This document shows positions 13,011 to 25,121 of a stretch of 64,000 nucleotides of DNA, piece after piece; position 1 is the stretch's first letter, and each line of letters begins with the position of its first letter. A program made the position numbers and the translations under genes. The notes beneath the pieces were generated by a model. That model searched no databases, was not told the origin of the DNA, and saw only the letters and a program-made list of their open reading frames with translations. Origin of the DNA: Vicugna vicugna (Eukaryota); assembly GCA_013265495.1 (NCBI GenBank), contig MU057801.1, positions 1,729,879 to 1,793,878 of the forward strand. Reading direction: 5' to 3'.

Positions 13011-14346
13011 AGCCATCAATTTGTCACACTGGAACGTTCCAACCTGTGTCTTACGCCAGCGTCTGAGTTACTCAGCCTGTGTCCTGCTGGGGGACGTGGA
13101 GGCGAGCTCTGATTCTTCTCCGTGATGCCGTGTATATCACATGTAACATCATATATTGTTTTCTTCGGACAGATTCCTGAAAGGTGGGGTGCTGGGTGCC
13201 GGGCTCCTAGACACACGCAGGTGCGGCTGGAGGTGCTGAGATGAGGGTGCTGGCTGACAGCTGAGCAACTGACTCAACCAACACCCTACTTTGCCCCAGA
13301 CCCTGTGCTGCCCACCCGGGCCGCCAGCCCTGCACCTGCCGTGCTCAGAGACGGTCCCAGCTGACCAGCCTGGCGGGTGGTCTGGGTGGCTGCCCACGGA
13401 TGAATCTCTGTGGGGAGGACTCGGGAGGGAGCCATGTGGGGAAGGGGAGCTGCCCCCACCGGGACCCCCAGGGCGGCTCACAGTCCAGATGGGACTCAGG
13501 CAGGTGGGTTTCACAGCCCTGCCTTCCCTTCCTCTGGTCAGAGGACCACGACACCAGGTGCCGGGGCCATCATCCCGGATGGCACTCTGTCTCAGCCTTG
13601 AGTTCCTTGCACTGCAGCTGGGGAGACAAAATTGGAGACCAGGGAAATAGGGAAGGAGCCAGGACCTCCTGGAAGGTCACAGAGGGAGTCACCAGAAAGG
13701 TGGTGTCTTCTGTTATCCAAAAGGGAAACTTTTTAAATTATGAGAAGAATACAGAGTTACAAAGGGATACACAGAAGCACAGGGCAGTCTCAGAAACCCA
13801 GCACTCCCGCCGTCCTCTAACACAGCCACCACGGTGTTCTGGACTCTGAAGATTCGTACTAGAAAGGTGCACACGTACGTCGGCACGCAGCGAGACTGTA
13901 CTCCACCGTCCTTTCAATAAACCGGTTCTCATTCAGCAGCCGAGCACGGGCGTTTCCCACGCCGGGGCATGGACGGCCCCTGCCCAGAACGGTGTTCGTG
14001 GCCGTGGGGTGGTCACACCGCAGGCGGCCCGGGAGGTGGCTAAGCTCGGCTCACACCCTCGCTGCAGGCCGGGGCGGGGTCACGGGCGACGAGGCCGGGC
14101 TCTGCCGCGCCCTGCCAGGTGCCCCCCCGCCCCCCCCCACCCCGGCTCCTGTGTGTCCTCATGAAAACCTAGCACCGTAATAGGTTATTCCAGAAAACCT
14201 GGAATGCAAATACCAGGAAAGCTCAAGTTACCCATAGCCCTGCTAGCGCTGTAGCCAGACACTAAAACTGGAGAAACGCTTTCCTGAAGAAGATTCCAGG
14301 CGTCAGAGCTTGGCCAAGCGGGAGCCACCTCTCAGGGAGTTGGCTG

Positions 14347-14380
14347 CTGCCGCCCTCTCGTGGCAACTGGAGGTACTGCA
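14347..14380 (-). promoter_or_regulatory. CTCF site with core and upstream (U) motif
   Basis: Minus strand reads TGCAGTACC-tccag-TTGCCACGAGAGGGCGGCAG, matching the U motif, spacer and core consensus. Confidence 0.75.
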
Positions 14381-15369
14381 CCAAGGAGACCCTGGAAAGC
14401 TGGGAACTTGTTCTGTTACTTGCGGTCCATCCAATCGTGGTTGTGAAACCCCCGGGTCTTTGAAAAGGTGCTAAACGTTCTCATGATTAGAGAGGGCTTA
14501 ACAGAGTGGCATGGCATAGAGCCAGGGAGTCATGCCTCAAACTGCACCGCTGATTTTTGTCTGGAGCCAGCGACGGCCATTTTCAGAGATCCACGCTGCT
14601 GCTGGCAGCACAGAGACACGCAGCACTGAGAGTCCACGGGCGCTCACCCGGCAGCTACACGCCAGGGGTCGCGCCCGCCCCACGGCCTTAATGCCCCGCT
14701 GTCCTCCAGGCACTCTGAGCTGCAGTCCGGGAGGGCCTGCGAACACCCACTGCTGCCCGGTTAATTTCACTCCGGCGGGGAGGCCCGGCAGAGGCTTTAC
14801 GTGGCCCCTAGGAAACGGCAAGCTGACATCTGAGGGGGCATCCTGGCTGCCCCTTCCAGGTTCAAAAGCCCGAGAAGCCCTCACTTGAGTCAGAACAACT
14901 CCAGCCACTTAACGAAAGTGGCAACAAGGTGCTGAGGGATGTCGGATGGCTGCCAAGTCCGTACCCAGCTCACGCACACCAGGGCAACTGCAAAGTTGTC
15001 CCCTGACTACTTTCGGAGGGAAAAAAATGGGTCCCAGAAAAGAAGCAAATGTTTGTCTTTGGGTGTGTTCACTCTGCCTCAAGGACGTGTGGATCATTTG
15101 TTGGGTTGGGACCTGCACAATTGTCTTGAGATGCTGGGCAGGTGGGGGTGGGAGAAGCTTGGAGCTGCACGGCCCTCAGTGGTGGGGGGAGCAGAGGACC
15201 CTGGAAAGATGAAGAAGGAAGACGAGGCCGTTGAGAAAGGCGGGTGAGGAGGGGTGGGGGGGAGAGGGGAAGGAGGGGGAGCAGGGATGGAGGCAAGGGA
15301 GCAAGGGTGGAAAGTACTAAACTTCCCCAGTTCAGCAGGCCTATGGAGATGTGTTTCCTCCCCTGAGAG

Positions 15370-15740
15370 CACTGTTCACCTGTCCCTGTGGCTTCTTTGC
15401 TGAACTAACTCATCCATCAGGTCTTAGCTTGAACCTCATCCCTCCAGAGCCCCTCCTGGTCTCCCCAAATCCAGGCACATGGCTTCTCCTCTGGGCTCCA
15501 CTAACATCTCGTACTCCTCCCAAAGTCTTAGTCCCACTCCGTGCAGTTTCCGGTTTGCTGGACGGCATCCCCTCTCAGGCTCCAAGCCCTGAGCAAACGG
15601 AGAGGAGGGGGCTCCTTCCAGGGCGGCATCTCCAGCGTCTACACCACAGCGCCACCTCCAGCGTCTACACCACAGTGCCACCTCCAGCATCTACATACAC
15701 CACAGCGCCCTTATGACATGGAGTCAATGAGCGCATGAAC
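15370..15740 (+). mobile_element. L2 3' fragment
   Basis: actcatccatcaggtcttagcttgaacctcatccctccagagcccctcctg...catctccagcgtctacaccacagcgcc resembles the L2 3' end. Confidence 0.55.
15630..15710. repeat. Tandem repeat, 26-bp unit x3
   Basis: ctccagcgtctacaccacagcgccac repeated three times; the third copy has a 4-bp insertion. Confidence 0.9.
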
Positions 15741-15845
15741 TTTTGGGTGGATTACCAACAAATACGTAATGAATCATGAATTACTAACCTAATAAAATTT
15801 AATTTTTATGCTTATTATTTGGGATGAAAATGCTCTTCATCGTGA

Positions 15846-15940
15846 CTAAATGTCTACACAGGTAGTGACAGTCTGATTCAGGTCACTTGGACAAAATTGT
15901 GTCAAAACTGCACCACAACTTGGCAACTTCCAAATCACTG
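15846..15940 (-). CDS. Candidate terminal coding exon (exon C) of an unrecognised gene: (S)VIWKLPSCGAVLTQFCPSDLNQTVTTCVDI*
   Basis: Acceptor tttgtcttatcag| (NAGNAG); phase 1 continues the exon B frame to TAG; ATTAAA at 15803-15798 follows. Confidence 0.35.
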
Positions 15941-16212
15941 CTGATAAGACAAACTCAGGCTTGTCTATGTAGTTCAGGTTTTTCCTCAACCAGGGAAAAG
16001 CAGGCCGTGGGTCCGCGCATGTGTGCACCGCGCTGCCACGCCGGGCGCTGGGAGGGCAGGCCTGCGGGACGGGGCGACTTTTATTCCTTCCTTTACGACC
16101 TGTGAGACTTAGCCATGTGCCTTTTACTGTCAATAAATGTTTTCTGAATTGAAACCCAGATCTAAGTCTCTGAAACACAAGATTTATTTCATTAAAAATG
16201 TATATATTACAG

Positions 16213-16440
16213 GGAATAGTGAGAAAAACACAAACTTCGAGCGCAGACGGACGGGGTTCAGGTCTGCTACTTGCCAGCTAGAACCATTGGCAAGTTGCTT
16301 AACTTCCACGAGCTTCAGGTTCACATTCTGCATCTTGGAAATAGTAGCTTCTACTTTGTAAAAGTAACTGGCATGGGAAAAGTGATTGCTAAGGTGTGTG
16401 GACTTTATTACGCAGCACATCATGTGTAATTATTGTCATT
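16213..16440 (+). mobile_element. MIR SINE
   Basis: ggggttcaggtctgctacttgccagctagaaccattggcaagttgcttaacttcc... Confidence 0.65.
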
Positions 16441-17325
16441 GTTAACATTGGTAACTTGATGGTCAAGATATTCTGACTTCGAGGAGTCCACTGCACTTTC
16501 CCTCATTGTACCTGCAGGATTTGGACGTGCAACCCACTCTGCTGGTCCCTGGGAGGGCTGAGAAGACCCGCACGGGTCACTCAGCATAGAACAGATGAGG
16601 ATGCTGGGCGCCGAGGGTCCTGGTCACTAGGGAGCACCAGGTGTCAGCTGCGGGGTTTCTGCACCGTCCTCCAGCTCCAGGGTGGGGAGCAGGGAACATG
16701 GCACCCTTCCTGGCGAGCCCTGGTCCCTGCGCATCCTGCAGACTGGCTCAGTGTTTCACCCCCACTTGGCTGGGGTGAATAGGAAGTAACCCCCCCATAT
16801 AATGAAACTGCCATTCTTGGCCACTGGTTCAAGCGCAGACTTGCCTGCACGCGTCTCCGCTTCTCCCAGCGACAGGCTGCCCCAAGGGCCCCTTTGGTGA
16901 TGCCTGCACTTCAAGATCAGGCAACATTTGGAACTGAAGACGTCAAACCCTACAAGATTTTTTTTAAAGAGGAAAATGAAGGTGAACGTACACATAGGTA
17001 ACATTCTGCCAGAAAGTAAGTCCAAACCCTTGGCCGATTCCATCATTGGAAGAAACAAGTCAGGGGAGGCTAACAGCAAAACCCATCCCCACAAGGGCCT
17101 TTCTGTTCCGTTCCTGACGGCAGCCTCGCGCAGAACCTCCACGGCCGTGGGGGCAAGTTAATGGTGTCTTTTGTGAAGCCGCTCTGAGAAGGAGGTCCCA
17201 GGCTTGGGGCTGGCATCCCATCGTCTGTGTGGGCTGCAAAGCCAGAGACAAACGTGCACATCTCACCCCAGGCAGAGGGTTCACTTTTCCTTTGATTTGA
17301 ACAAACAACTCGTCAGGATACTCAC

Positions 17326-17437
17326 AGAAAACACTCATTGAGATTTGATCAAAATACGACATAGTTGACTTAATCCCATCACTACAAACGGAGCAGAGCG
17401 ATATAATCATTTGATAGACAACAGCCTGGATACGTGC
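17326..17437 (-). CDS. Candidate internal exon (exon B, 112 nt): ARIQAVVYQMIISLCSVCSDGIKSTMSYFDQISMSVF
   Basis: Acceptor ccatgttttcag| and donor TCT|gtgagt; only the phase-0 frame is open across the whole exon. Confidence 0.45.
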
Positions 17438-18199
17438 CTGAAAACATGGATTATGTTTATAAATAATAATTATAATAAATAATTATTCAGTTTTACTGTG
17501 TGTTAGGGTTTGCTTGCTGTTTGAACATTGCAAACATGATATAAAGCTTAATTTTCTGCTCGCTACGTACCAGGTTCCCTGACATCCGTGTCATATTTCA
17601 CCATATGATTTTATGTTACACTTTCCATTTCTCATCATCCAGAATTTGTGCTTCTGGTTTCTCCTTATCCAAAAATTTTAGCTTTCACTGATTTCTAGCA
17701 TTCCCTCTACTGTATACGTATGAACAAAATTGTCTTTTTCCTCAATGATGAAAAGAACTTTTTTACTCTTTTTCGCAAAAATAACATGCTTACATGGCAA
17801 AGCTGAGCTTTTTGTCTATATGTGCAATCTTTTTAAATTTGTGGGTTAACAAAAAATTGTCTTTATTAGAAGAATCAAACTGTGCTTTCTCATGTCAGTT
17901 GAAGTGGTGACCCCAGTGCATTGCTCTGGGACAGGGAATAACCTTCCGTATGAAAAATAACTAAGCCAGTCCACATGGTGGTGAGCTGCAGATCCCTCCA
18001 CCTCCCTGCTGCACGTGAATCTGCGCCTCGTAATTACTGAGCGCAACAATCCCGGAGGGTTTTGTTTGTTTGTTCGTTCATTTGGTCCTTTCGCAGCCAC
18101 AGCGGGCTCCGCACATCTCCAGGTGGGCCAGCAAAGTGTGAGACCAAAGCTCCAGGTCCCGGACCCTCAAGCCCGCGGCCACAGTAAGAGCAGCCTGCT

Positions 18200-18630
18200 T
18201 GGCAGGTGAGACCCTCCCCCTTTCTGGGCACACTGATTGGACCAGGCAGAAGCACGTGACCCAGGCTGGGCCAATGAGCTGCTTCCGTTTGCAGCCCACG
18301 CAGCCCGCGGGGGGAGCGCGGTCTGGAGCCGCAGGTCCGCCTCCCGCCTGCAGGTCCGCGTGGGCGACAGGCTGCAGGGGTGCTGCGCTCACGAGGGGCG
18401 GCGGATCAGAGGCGTATCCGCTCCCCGGGAGGAAGTGTGAGCCGCCCAGGGAGGCGGGGCAGCAGGGCTGAGGGGCACACTGGACGTCCCGGGCCCCCGT
18501 CGGCGCTCGGCGCTGCGGCTCGTCCCAGCCTGGAGTTCGGGCCCGCCTCCTGGTGGCCAGGCCCTCCTCTCCTTCCCAGAGCTCCCCACTGTCGCTTCTG
18601 CTGTTGCTAATCCGAGGAGCCTTGACTACA
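18200..18630 (+). mobile_element. ERVL LTR16-like LTR, GC-shifted
   Basis: tgattggaccaggcagaagcacgtgacccaggctgggccaatgag hallmark; ends cttctgctgttgctaatccgaggagccttgactaca. Confidence 0.6.
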
Positions 18631-19349
18631 AATCACAGTATTAATATTTTTTTGAAATGCAGAGATTAAAAAAAGGTTGTAAGATTTAAAAATGATTAAC
18701 AGCTGGCCTGGGATTTGAGGGGTCGATGTTGTGGAAGTAAGAAGACCGGGAGGGGTTTTCTCTTGACGCATTCGAGCTCCAGTGCAGCCGCACTGACAGC
18801 GGCTCTGTGCCACCACCCTGTGGGGGTGCGTGCCACTCAAAAGATGAGGCATCACAGAAAACTTCTTTTGAAACCGATTATATGTTACCATGTAGAGCAT
18901 CCAAAAATAGAGACCACTGCCGCCTTCCGGGTTTGTATATTGTGGTTTTGCAGACGGAGGAGATGGGAGAAGCATCTCCAGGGAACGTGTTCTGCATCTG
19001 CCCAGGACCTGGCTGTGGACAACCTCACAGAGCAAGGACGCCACGCCGCCCTTGGTGTGAAGGTGCTCGTCGGCCCCGCTCTGTCTCAGTGAAGCAGGGC
19101 CTGGCTCTCCCTTACAGATGGACACAGCCCTGTAAGGACCAGGGGTGGGTCACGGAGACACAGACTTATTAGAGAAAGAACAGAAACGTTATGAGCTTGG
19201 CACTCATCAGAGAATCCTGGACTTTGGTCCTAGAGGCGAAGGTAACAGGTTCATAAAAAAGTGATCTTTGAGGCAGCCATCTAAAAAAAACAAAAACAAC
19301 AAAAAATCAAAAACAAAAAAACAGCTTTTTTTTTCAGTACAAATGTAAA

Positions 19350-20230
19350 TGTTCACTTGCGCGACGCGGCCTTCAAACGCTATTCCAGATGTTTCCACTC
19401 CGACACAGAGAGGGCCTCCGCCACGCAGGACAGCTGCCCCCGGTGCCATCGAAGCGCAGAGCCGGAAGCCTGGGCCGCCCCGGAGGCGGCAGGCCTCGCG
19501 GGGCCGTCGGGCTGTGTCCCCTGGCCGGTCGGCCACACCTGCACACGTCTGTTGGTGAACGTACATCTCACCAATAAAACAGCTGGCTAATAGAAGGTAT
19601 TTGAAGGCAATTTAGACTAAAAGAAAACCAGGGGCCTGATGTGTGTAAATACTATCACGTGGCTCACGTAACAGGAAACTCTTACCTGAAGAACACACTT
19701 TTTTATTCTCACAAAATTCTCGAATTGCTCGGATACGCGTGGTCCTAAAGAGCCCTCGGCCGGGCCGCTCCGCCGGCGCGGCTGCTGGGCGCCGGCTCGG
19801 CCTGGCAGCGCCCGCTCCGTGTCGGCTCCGCCAGGCAGGCCGCGCGGCGCGCCTCGGGGCCCAGAGGCCCTGCAGCCCCGGGTCGGCGGTTAGATCCGCG
19901 TGACGGCGAGCCTGGGGGCGCAGGGGGCGCGGCGCGGCGTTTGCTCTTGGCGCCCCCGGCCCCTCGGCCGCACGGGTGGCGGGGCCGCCTGTGTCTGAGC
20001 TGACACTTGTGCCGTCTTCCTCCTGCTCCGTCTTCATCCGAGTTCCCGGCAGGACGGTGACGGCGCCGCCGCCCAACCGCGCGGAGCGCAGGGCGCGAGG
20101 GCAGCGAGTGGAAGCGTCTGTGTGCAGACCGTCTTCCCGTCCGCGCTCCCCCCATTCAGCGCCGGCGGCCTCCGGGCGGAGCAGCGTCTGGCTGCTTCTC
20201 CACTGATGAATTTTCCAAACGCCGTCAGTG
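19350..20230. promoter_or_regulatory. CpG island; probable promoter/first exon of a minus-strand transcript
   Basis: Very dense CpG at 19740-20180; strong minus-strand donor at its left edge. Confidence 0.7.
19686..20037 (-). CDS. Candidate first coding exon (exon A), ATG MKTEQEEDGTSVSSDT... to donor CAG|gtaaga
   Basis: ATG at 20037-20035, frame open for 117 codons + 1 nt; near-consensus donor at 19686/19685. Frame assignment is uncertain. Confidence 0.35.
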
Positions 20231-22149
20231 GCCGGCAGTTAAATGTCCGTCCGCAGAATTATAGCAAATGCAGCTTGGATCACCGCTGTTTTTTTTCTTT
20301 TTCTTTTTCCAAACTTGCGTGTTTACCCTTCTTCACCTTGATTCCCTAGAAGAGTCAAACGTCGGGCACTGAGGTCGAGCCCGAGGAGGTGCTGCCCCCA
20401 TGAGCTTTCTGCTGGTCGTGCTCAAGGTCAGTGTCTGATATTTCCTTTGTGTGACGCAGCGCCTCTTAATAAAACCACAAAGAAGGGTTTGCCCTGAGCT
20501 TTAAGAGGTCCAGGCAGCTGCAGTGTTCCGTGGAGAGAGTATTATTCTATTTGCATGCGTCTGGTGAGAAATAATTGTGACGCTGAGGCTCCCAGCACCT
20601 CTGAGATGGAGGGAGGGGCGCCCCCGCCGGACGACGCAGCGGAAGGCACTTAACGCCATGCTGTCTTGCTCGTACACCCTGCTCTCCAGAAAGATGCTGT
20701 AAATTAAATAATGGGCACAGGTAGCGCCTTGAATTCCAGGAAAATCAAAACGTTGCAGCTTTGGGGTTTGATTTTTTTTTCATCTCACAGTATCTAGTGA
20801 ATAAAACCAGCTTTTCCTTTTTTAACTAATAAGCAAGCTTGTCATCTTTGGAGGAGGCAATCTCTGCCATTTGGCGCAGACGAGCGCTGGTCAGGAACTT
20901 CAGTAAGTAAGCTGAGCGTCTGATGGTTACACACGAAAAGGCATTTGACTCCAAACAGTGTGTCGCGCTGCCCAGCAATCCAGCCTCCACTAAATAACCA
21001 AAATACACAAATTGAAATAAAGTGAAATTCTTTTTCCAGAGTTAATGAAAGGTTCCTGTTTGTGAATGTTGGGCTTTGAAGTCCAGCCCTCTCCGACAGC
21101 ACCAGGAATCCACTGGTGATTTATGAGTATTTGGACAAGTGGCCACCAGAGCCCTGCCTGGTGGACAGCCGACCTGCCCTACCTATCCGGGGGGCTCCCC
21201 ACAGCCCGGCCTCCGGCTCCCTGCCCGCAGCCCCACCTGGCTGGGCCCCTGGTGGGGGCCGAATGGGCAGCGCGGTCTGGCCTGGCCTCCTCCCTCCTCT
21301 GGGCCCCCTCGGCTGCCCCCGCCCTCACACGCTGCTCCCTCCCTGCCCCTCTGCCGTCACCCCGGACCAGACAAAGCCCACTTTGCCTGCGTGACCAGGG
21401 TCAGGGTTGGACTGGAGAGGCTCTGCCAGACCCTTCCAGGATTTCCCAGGTGGACGGTGGCTCACTCCCAATCCACAGAGTGGCTGGGCTTCCTCCCCGT
21501 CTGTAAGCGCGCTGCCCGTCCGAGGAGAGGACCCGGCCTGGAGCGGTTCAGACTGGCAGAAGCCCTGGGGGCCAGAGGGCCCCACTGAAGCGAGAGCCCC
21601 CGGCGGCCTTAGGGGCTGGAACAGTCACCGTCACACGGGTGGCGTCCGAGGCAGGGCCTTGGCGTGGAGGCGGGCTGGGCTCGGAGGTGGCCTGCACTGG
21701 AGAGTCCGAGCGGCCCCCCCCCCGCCCCCTCTGCGGCTCACAGAGCAGAAGCACGAAGCCCACCAACCGCGGTGCGCTTGTCAAGGCCCGTATGTGCCCC
21801 TGGGTTGCTTTCTTTCCTTTTGGTAACTTGCTTGGAGGCCTGCTGGTTCGAAGACCCGTAAACGTGGCCTGGCACTGAGGAGACACGGAACGACCCCCTT
21901 TGTCCTAAAGACGACTCTCCTGTCTTTTCAGCCTCTGTCTGGCTTTCCGTGTGCCCGTGGGGCCTCTGACCTCGGCCAGCTGGCACCCGGGGAACATTTT
22001 TGCCCGTCTCCCTTTGGTGACGAGGCTTCCAGATAGAAAGAACGCCCAACACAAGGCCCGTCGTCCAGGGCCCCGCGGTCCCACTGGAGATAAAAGAATA
22101 AGCGTTAAAGAAGCGCGTGCAAGGCCGCAGAGGCCCCGGAGGAGGGCAG

Positions 22150-22330
22150 GGGGCTGACCCCTGGTCAGGGCCTTCAGACCCTGGTGTTGTCACTTACTCA
22201 CTGCATGGCCTTGACACAGCTGGCAACTTCAGGAACCTCTGCGCCTCGGCGCATGTCTGGAAAGTGGAGCTAACACAGCAGCACCTGGTCTCACAGGTCA
22301 GATGTGGAGCCCGGGCTGTGCCTGGTGCTC
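22150..22330 (+). mobile_element. MIR SINE fragment
   Basis: gtcacttactcactgcatggccttg...aacctctgcgcctcgg...tctggaaagtggagctaa. Confidence 0.6.
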
Positions 22331-22426
22331 TGGGACACACGGGACACGCAGCCGCAGCCACCTCCACCAGGGCATCCTGCAGTCGTGGAGAAAGGGCTCG
22401 CCCCGGGAAGGTGCCGCGTGGCCGGG

Positions 22427-22544
22427 GGGCCGTGGGCCAGGCAGGCCTGCATAGGGAGGCCTGTCCCCTGGGGACATGCGGACGAGGGCCGTGGGCCAGG
22501 CAGGCCTGCATAGGAAGGCCTGTCCCCCGGGGACATACAGACGA
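22427..22544. repeat. Tandem duplication, 59 bp x2
   Basis: gggccgtgggccaggcaggcctgcatagg...ggggacatgcggacga at 22427 and 22486, differing at about 4 positions. Confidence 0.92.
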
Positions 22545-25121
22545 GCAGGCGAGTGACGCGTCCTCGCCTGCCTTCGTGCCCCGGCGTTATATCCAGCTTT
22601 CTGTCTTACGGGAACATGCCCCTCGCTGAAGGGGAGAAGTGAGCGCACCCCCACGTTTGGTGACATGGTTAAGGCCAGGTGCAGCCCTGCTGCGCACAAG
22701 GCCCTGAAGGAGACGGAGAGACAGAAGAATGCTGCTTGTTTAACTTGAATGGAGGATGAAGGAAAAAGTGATCTGTAAATAGTTCAGAGCCCTGTCATTT
22801 GGCTGAAATTCATTTCCAAATACAACTCTGCCCAGATCCAGCTTGGCGTTCCCCTCGTGCCCTGCGGCCCTCACCCACTCTTCCCCAGACCCACCCAGAG
22901 GCGCCAGCACCTTCCCCAAGGCAGCGTGAAGACAGGCCGCACCTTTGTGTGTCCCTGACCGAAAGCACATGCCCCCTTAGAACTGACCGCTGGGCGGCAA
23001 GGCCGGGCTTTCGGGTACGTGAAGAAAGCAGCTTGTGGCTGACTTGCGAATGTGCTGACTGTAACTCTCTCGACAGAATGAGAGCAAGACACTTGAATCT
23101 GAAATTGTTTGGAGCACTGGAGCCTGAAATTTGTGTTCCGTGACGCCAAATATCTAGAAAGAAAGAACTTTCCAGAACAAAGGGACGCTTTTTCATTCAT
23201 ATTAGACAAGGTGAAACATTGCTGGGGATTCCTCGAGACGTGGGTGAAGGAGCAGGAGAGGCGGCCGTGGTCCGAGGTGGACGTTCTGCCAAGGGAGGGC
23301 GCATGTAGACGCCGTGCTGGCCTCTGCTCTTTACCAGATGTTTTGTCTGGCTTTGCTTTCAGTGCAAAGGATGAATTCTTTCAAAACCCTCACTGCTCTC
23401 CAAATGAGATGTGCGAATGCCTCAAAATCTCTGCTTACTCAGCTGTTTCCGCACAAGGTACCTGGAACGCCTGTCAGAATTTTTCCTCTCGATGCGTCTC
23501 TGCTCTCCCTTTTACTGCCATTTCTGTGGATTGTGCTAAGAGAGAAAGGGGAGGGTGGAGACGCAGAGCAGGGGGTGCCCCCGGGTACCCTGGTGTTTCC
23601 ACAGGCACCCAAGCCCAGCTCGATGGAAGGATGGGGTGAACTCTGCGGTGGCGTACTCGGCACCGGAGCATCCAGCACCGAGAGCATCTGCACGCGCAAC
23701 TTGCCTCCCAAGATCCTGTTACTCTTCACTGGGACAAAGAGTGGGCCCAGTGTGGCTACAAAGCACAACTTCTCTGCAGAAGAAAAATCTGCAACTGCCC
23801 TTATAAAGGGACTTGTCGAATTTAAGAAGCCTGGAAAAGTGAAAATCTTAGACTGGCGGTTGGAATAGAATCCTGGAACGATTCGCACAGCTGGTCACTG
23901 AAGGCATGAGTGTGAGTGAGTCACCTCGAAAGAGAAACGGAGAGAGAGATGGCGGCCCCAGACTGAGTCGCAAGGGTCTCCAAAGTTCAGAGTTCGAGAA
24001 GGTGGTTTATCCTGGTGTGAGATACAACAATTCAACAATCCCTAAAATGTCCGATACACGTCGCGGCTGTGATAGAGCAGCGGGCGGAGGCGGAGGGCGG
24101 GAGGGTGCAGCCAGCGTGGCGTCAGGCTGCGCGTGCGGAGGGGAGGGGAGAAAAGCGCAATTGCAGGAGCCCTGCCCCTTCCAGGCGTGTTGAGGCTGGT
24201 GAAACTCTGCTGTCGGAGTAAAATGCTCGCCTGCAGGACGCAAACGAGAGCCTCCGGCTGGGTGTCCCTTCCCGAAGCAGAATTCATTTCTAACCGTCTT
24301 TACAGCCTCCCTAGAAAAGGCGCTCAGAGGCTTTGGAGGTGAGCAGCGGACCGTCACGTTCCCGACATCCCAACAAGTGCATCCTCAGCTGCGCCAGCAT
24401 GTGACCAAGGGCACGGGCCGCGGTTCCTTTACCAGGGGACTTCAAACTCTGTGGCAGTGTTTGTCTGCTAAACACCAGATGCCTCTGAGTCACAGTGGCT
24501 TTTATTCTGGAACTATGTACCAAAAAAATTTTTTTTGCACAGATTGGCTGAAAAGCTTCATGATGTCCCGAAGATATTTTTGCCTTCGTGTACTCACAGT
24601 TTGAACCCCATCTCTCCTGAGACATTAGCCTCTCCGTATGGCTGCAGAGAAGCCCGTGCTGGCCTGTTACAGTCACAGTTTGTAGCTCACACCGTCTGCA
24701 AGCCTGGACACGTGTGCTGAGGCTGGTGCTCGCCGTCCCTGTCTGGAGAGATTCCGTGTCATGCTCTCCTGCGGCCAGGGAAGACTACCCTATTGACACA
24801 CATGCTGGTCTACCTCCTTCTGACGATTAACTAGCAAAATAAGCCACACACTGTTCCACGTTGGCCTCTGTCCTAACTTGATGTGGAAGGGACGGCCAGC
24901 TAGAGGAGGACTCGCTGCACGACGTCGAGTCAGCCCCCCAACGTGGACCACCTGTTTGTAAAGGATGAGCCACGTGCATTTGTGTTTCCAAAAGCCAGCT
25001 GTATGTTTCCCCAGTCATACCTCCAGCTGCACATCTGGGGAAGGACTTCCTGGAGGCACCGTCCTCCTCATTGGCGCCTCAGCCTGTCTATCCATCACAG
25101 ACCGGGTGGAGGCTTATTTAG

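Noticed and set aside
15630..15710. Short direct repeats as a CRISPR-like array (also 22427-22544 and 57401-57470)
   Set aside because: They are head-to-tail repeats without spacers in mammalian DNA.
16420..16510. Alternative minus-strand exon after exon B (cctgcag|GTACAATG...)
   Set aside because: Weak pyrimidine tract and it runs into a MIR; the exon at 15940 has better support.
23690..24043. Possible minus-strand exons (ttttag|GGATTG...TTCGAG|gtgact and cttttccag|GCTTCT)
   Set aside because: The donor is mediocre and joining them gives an immediate in-frame TAA; they do not link convincingly to the 20 kb model.
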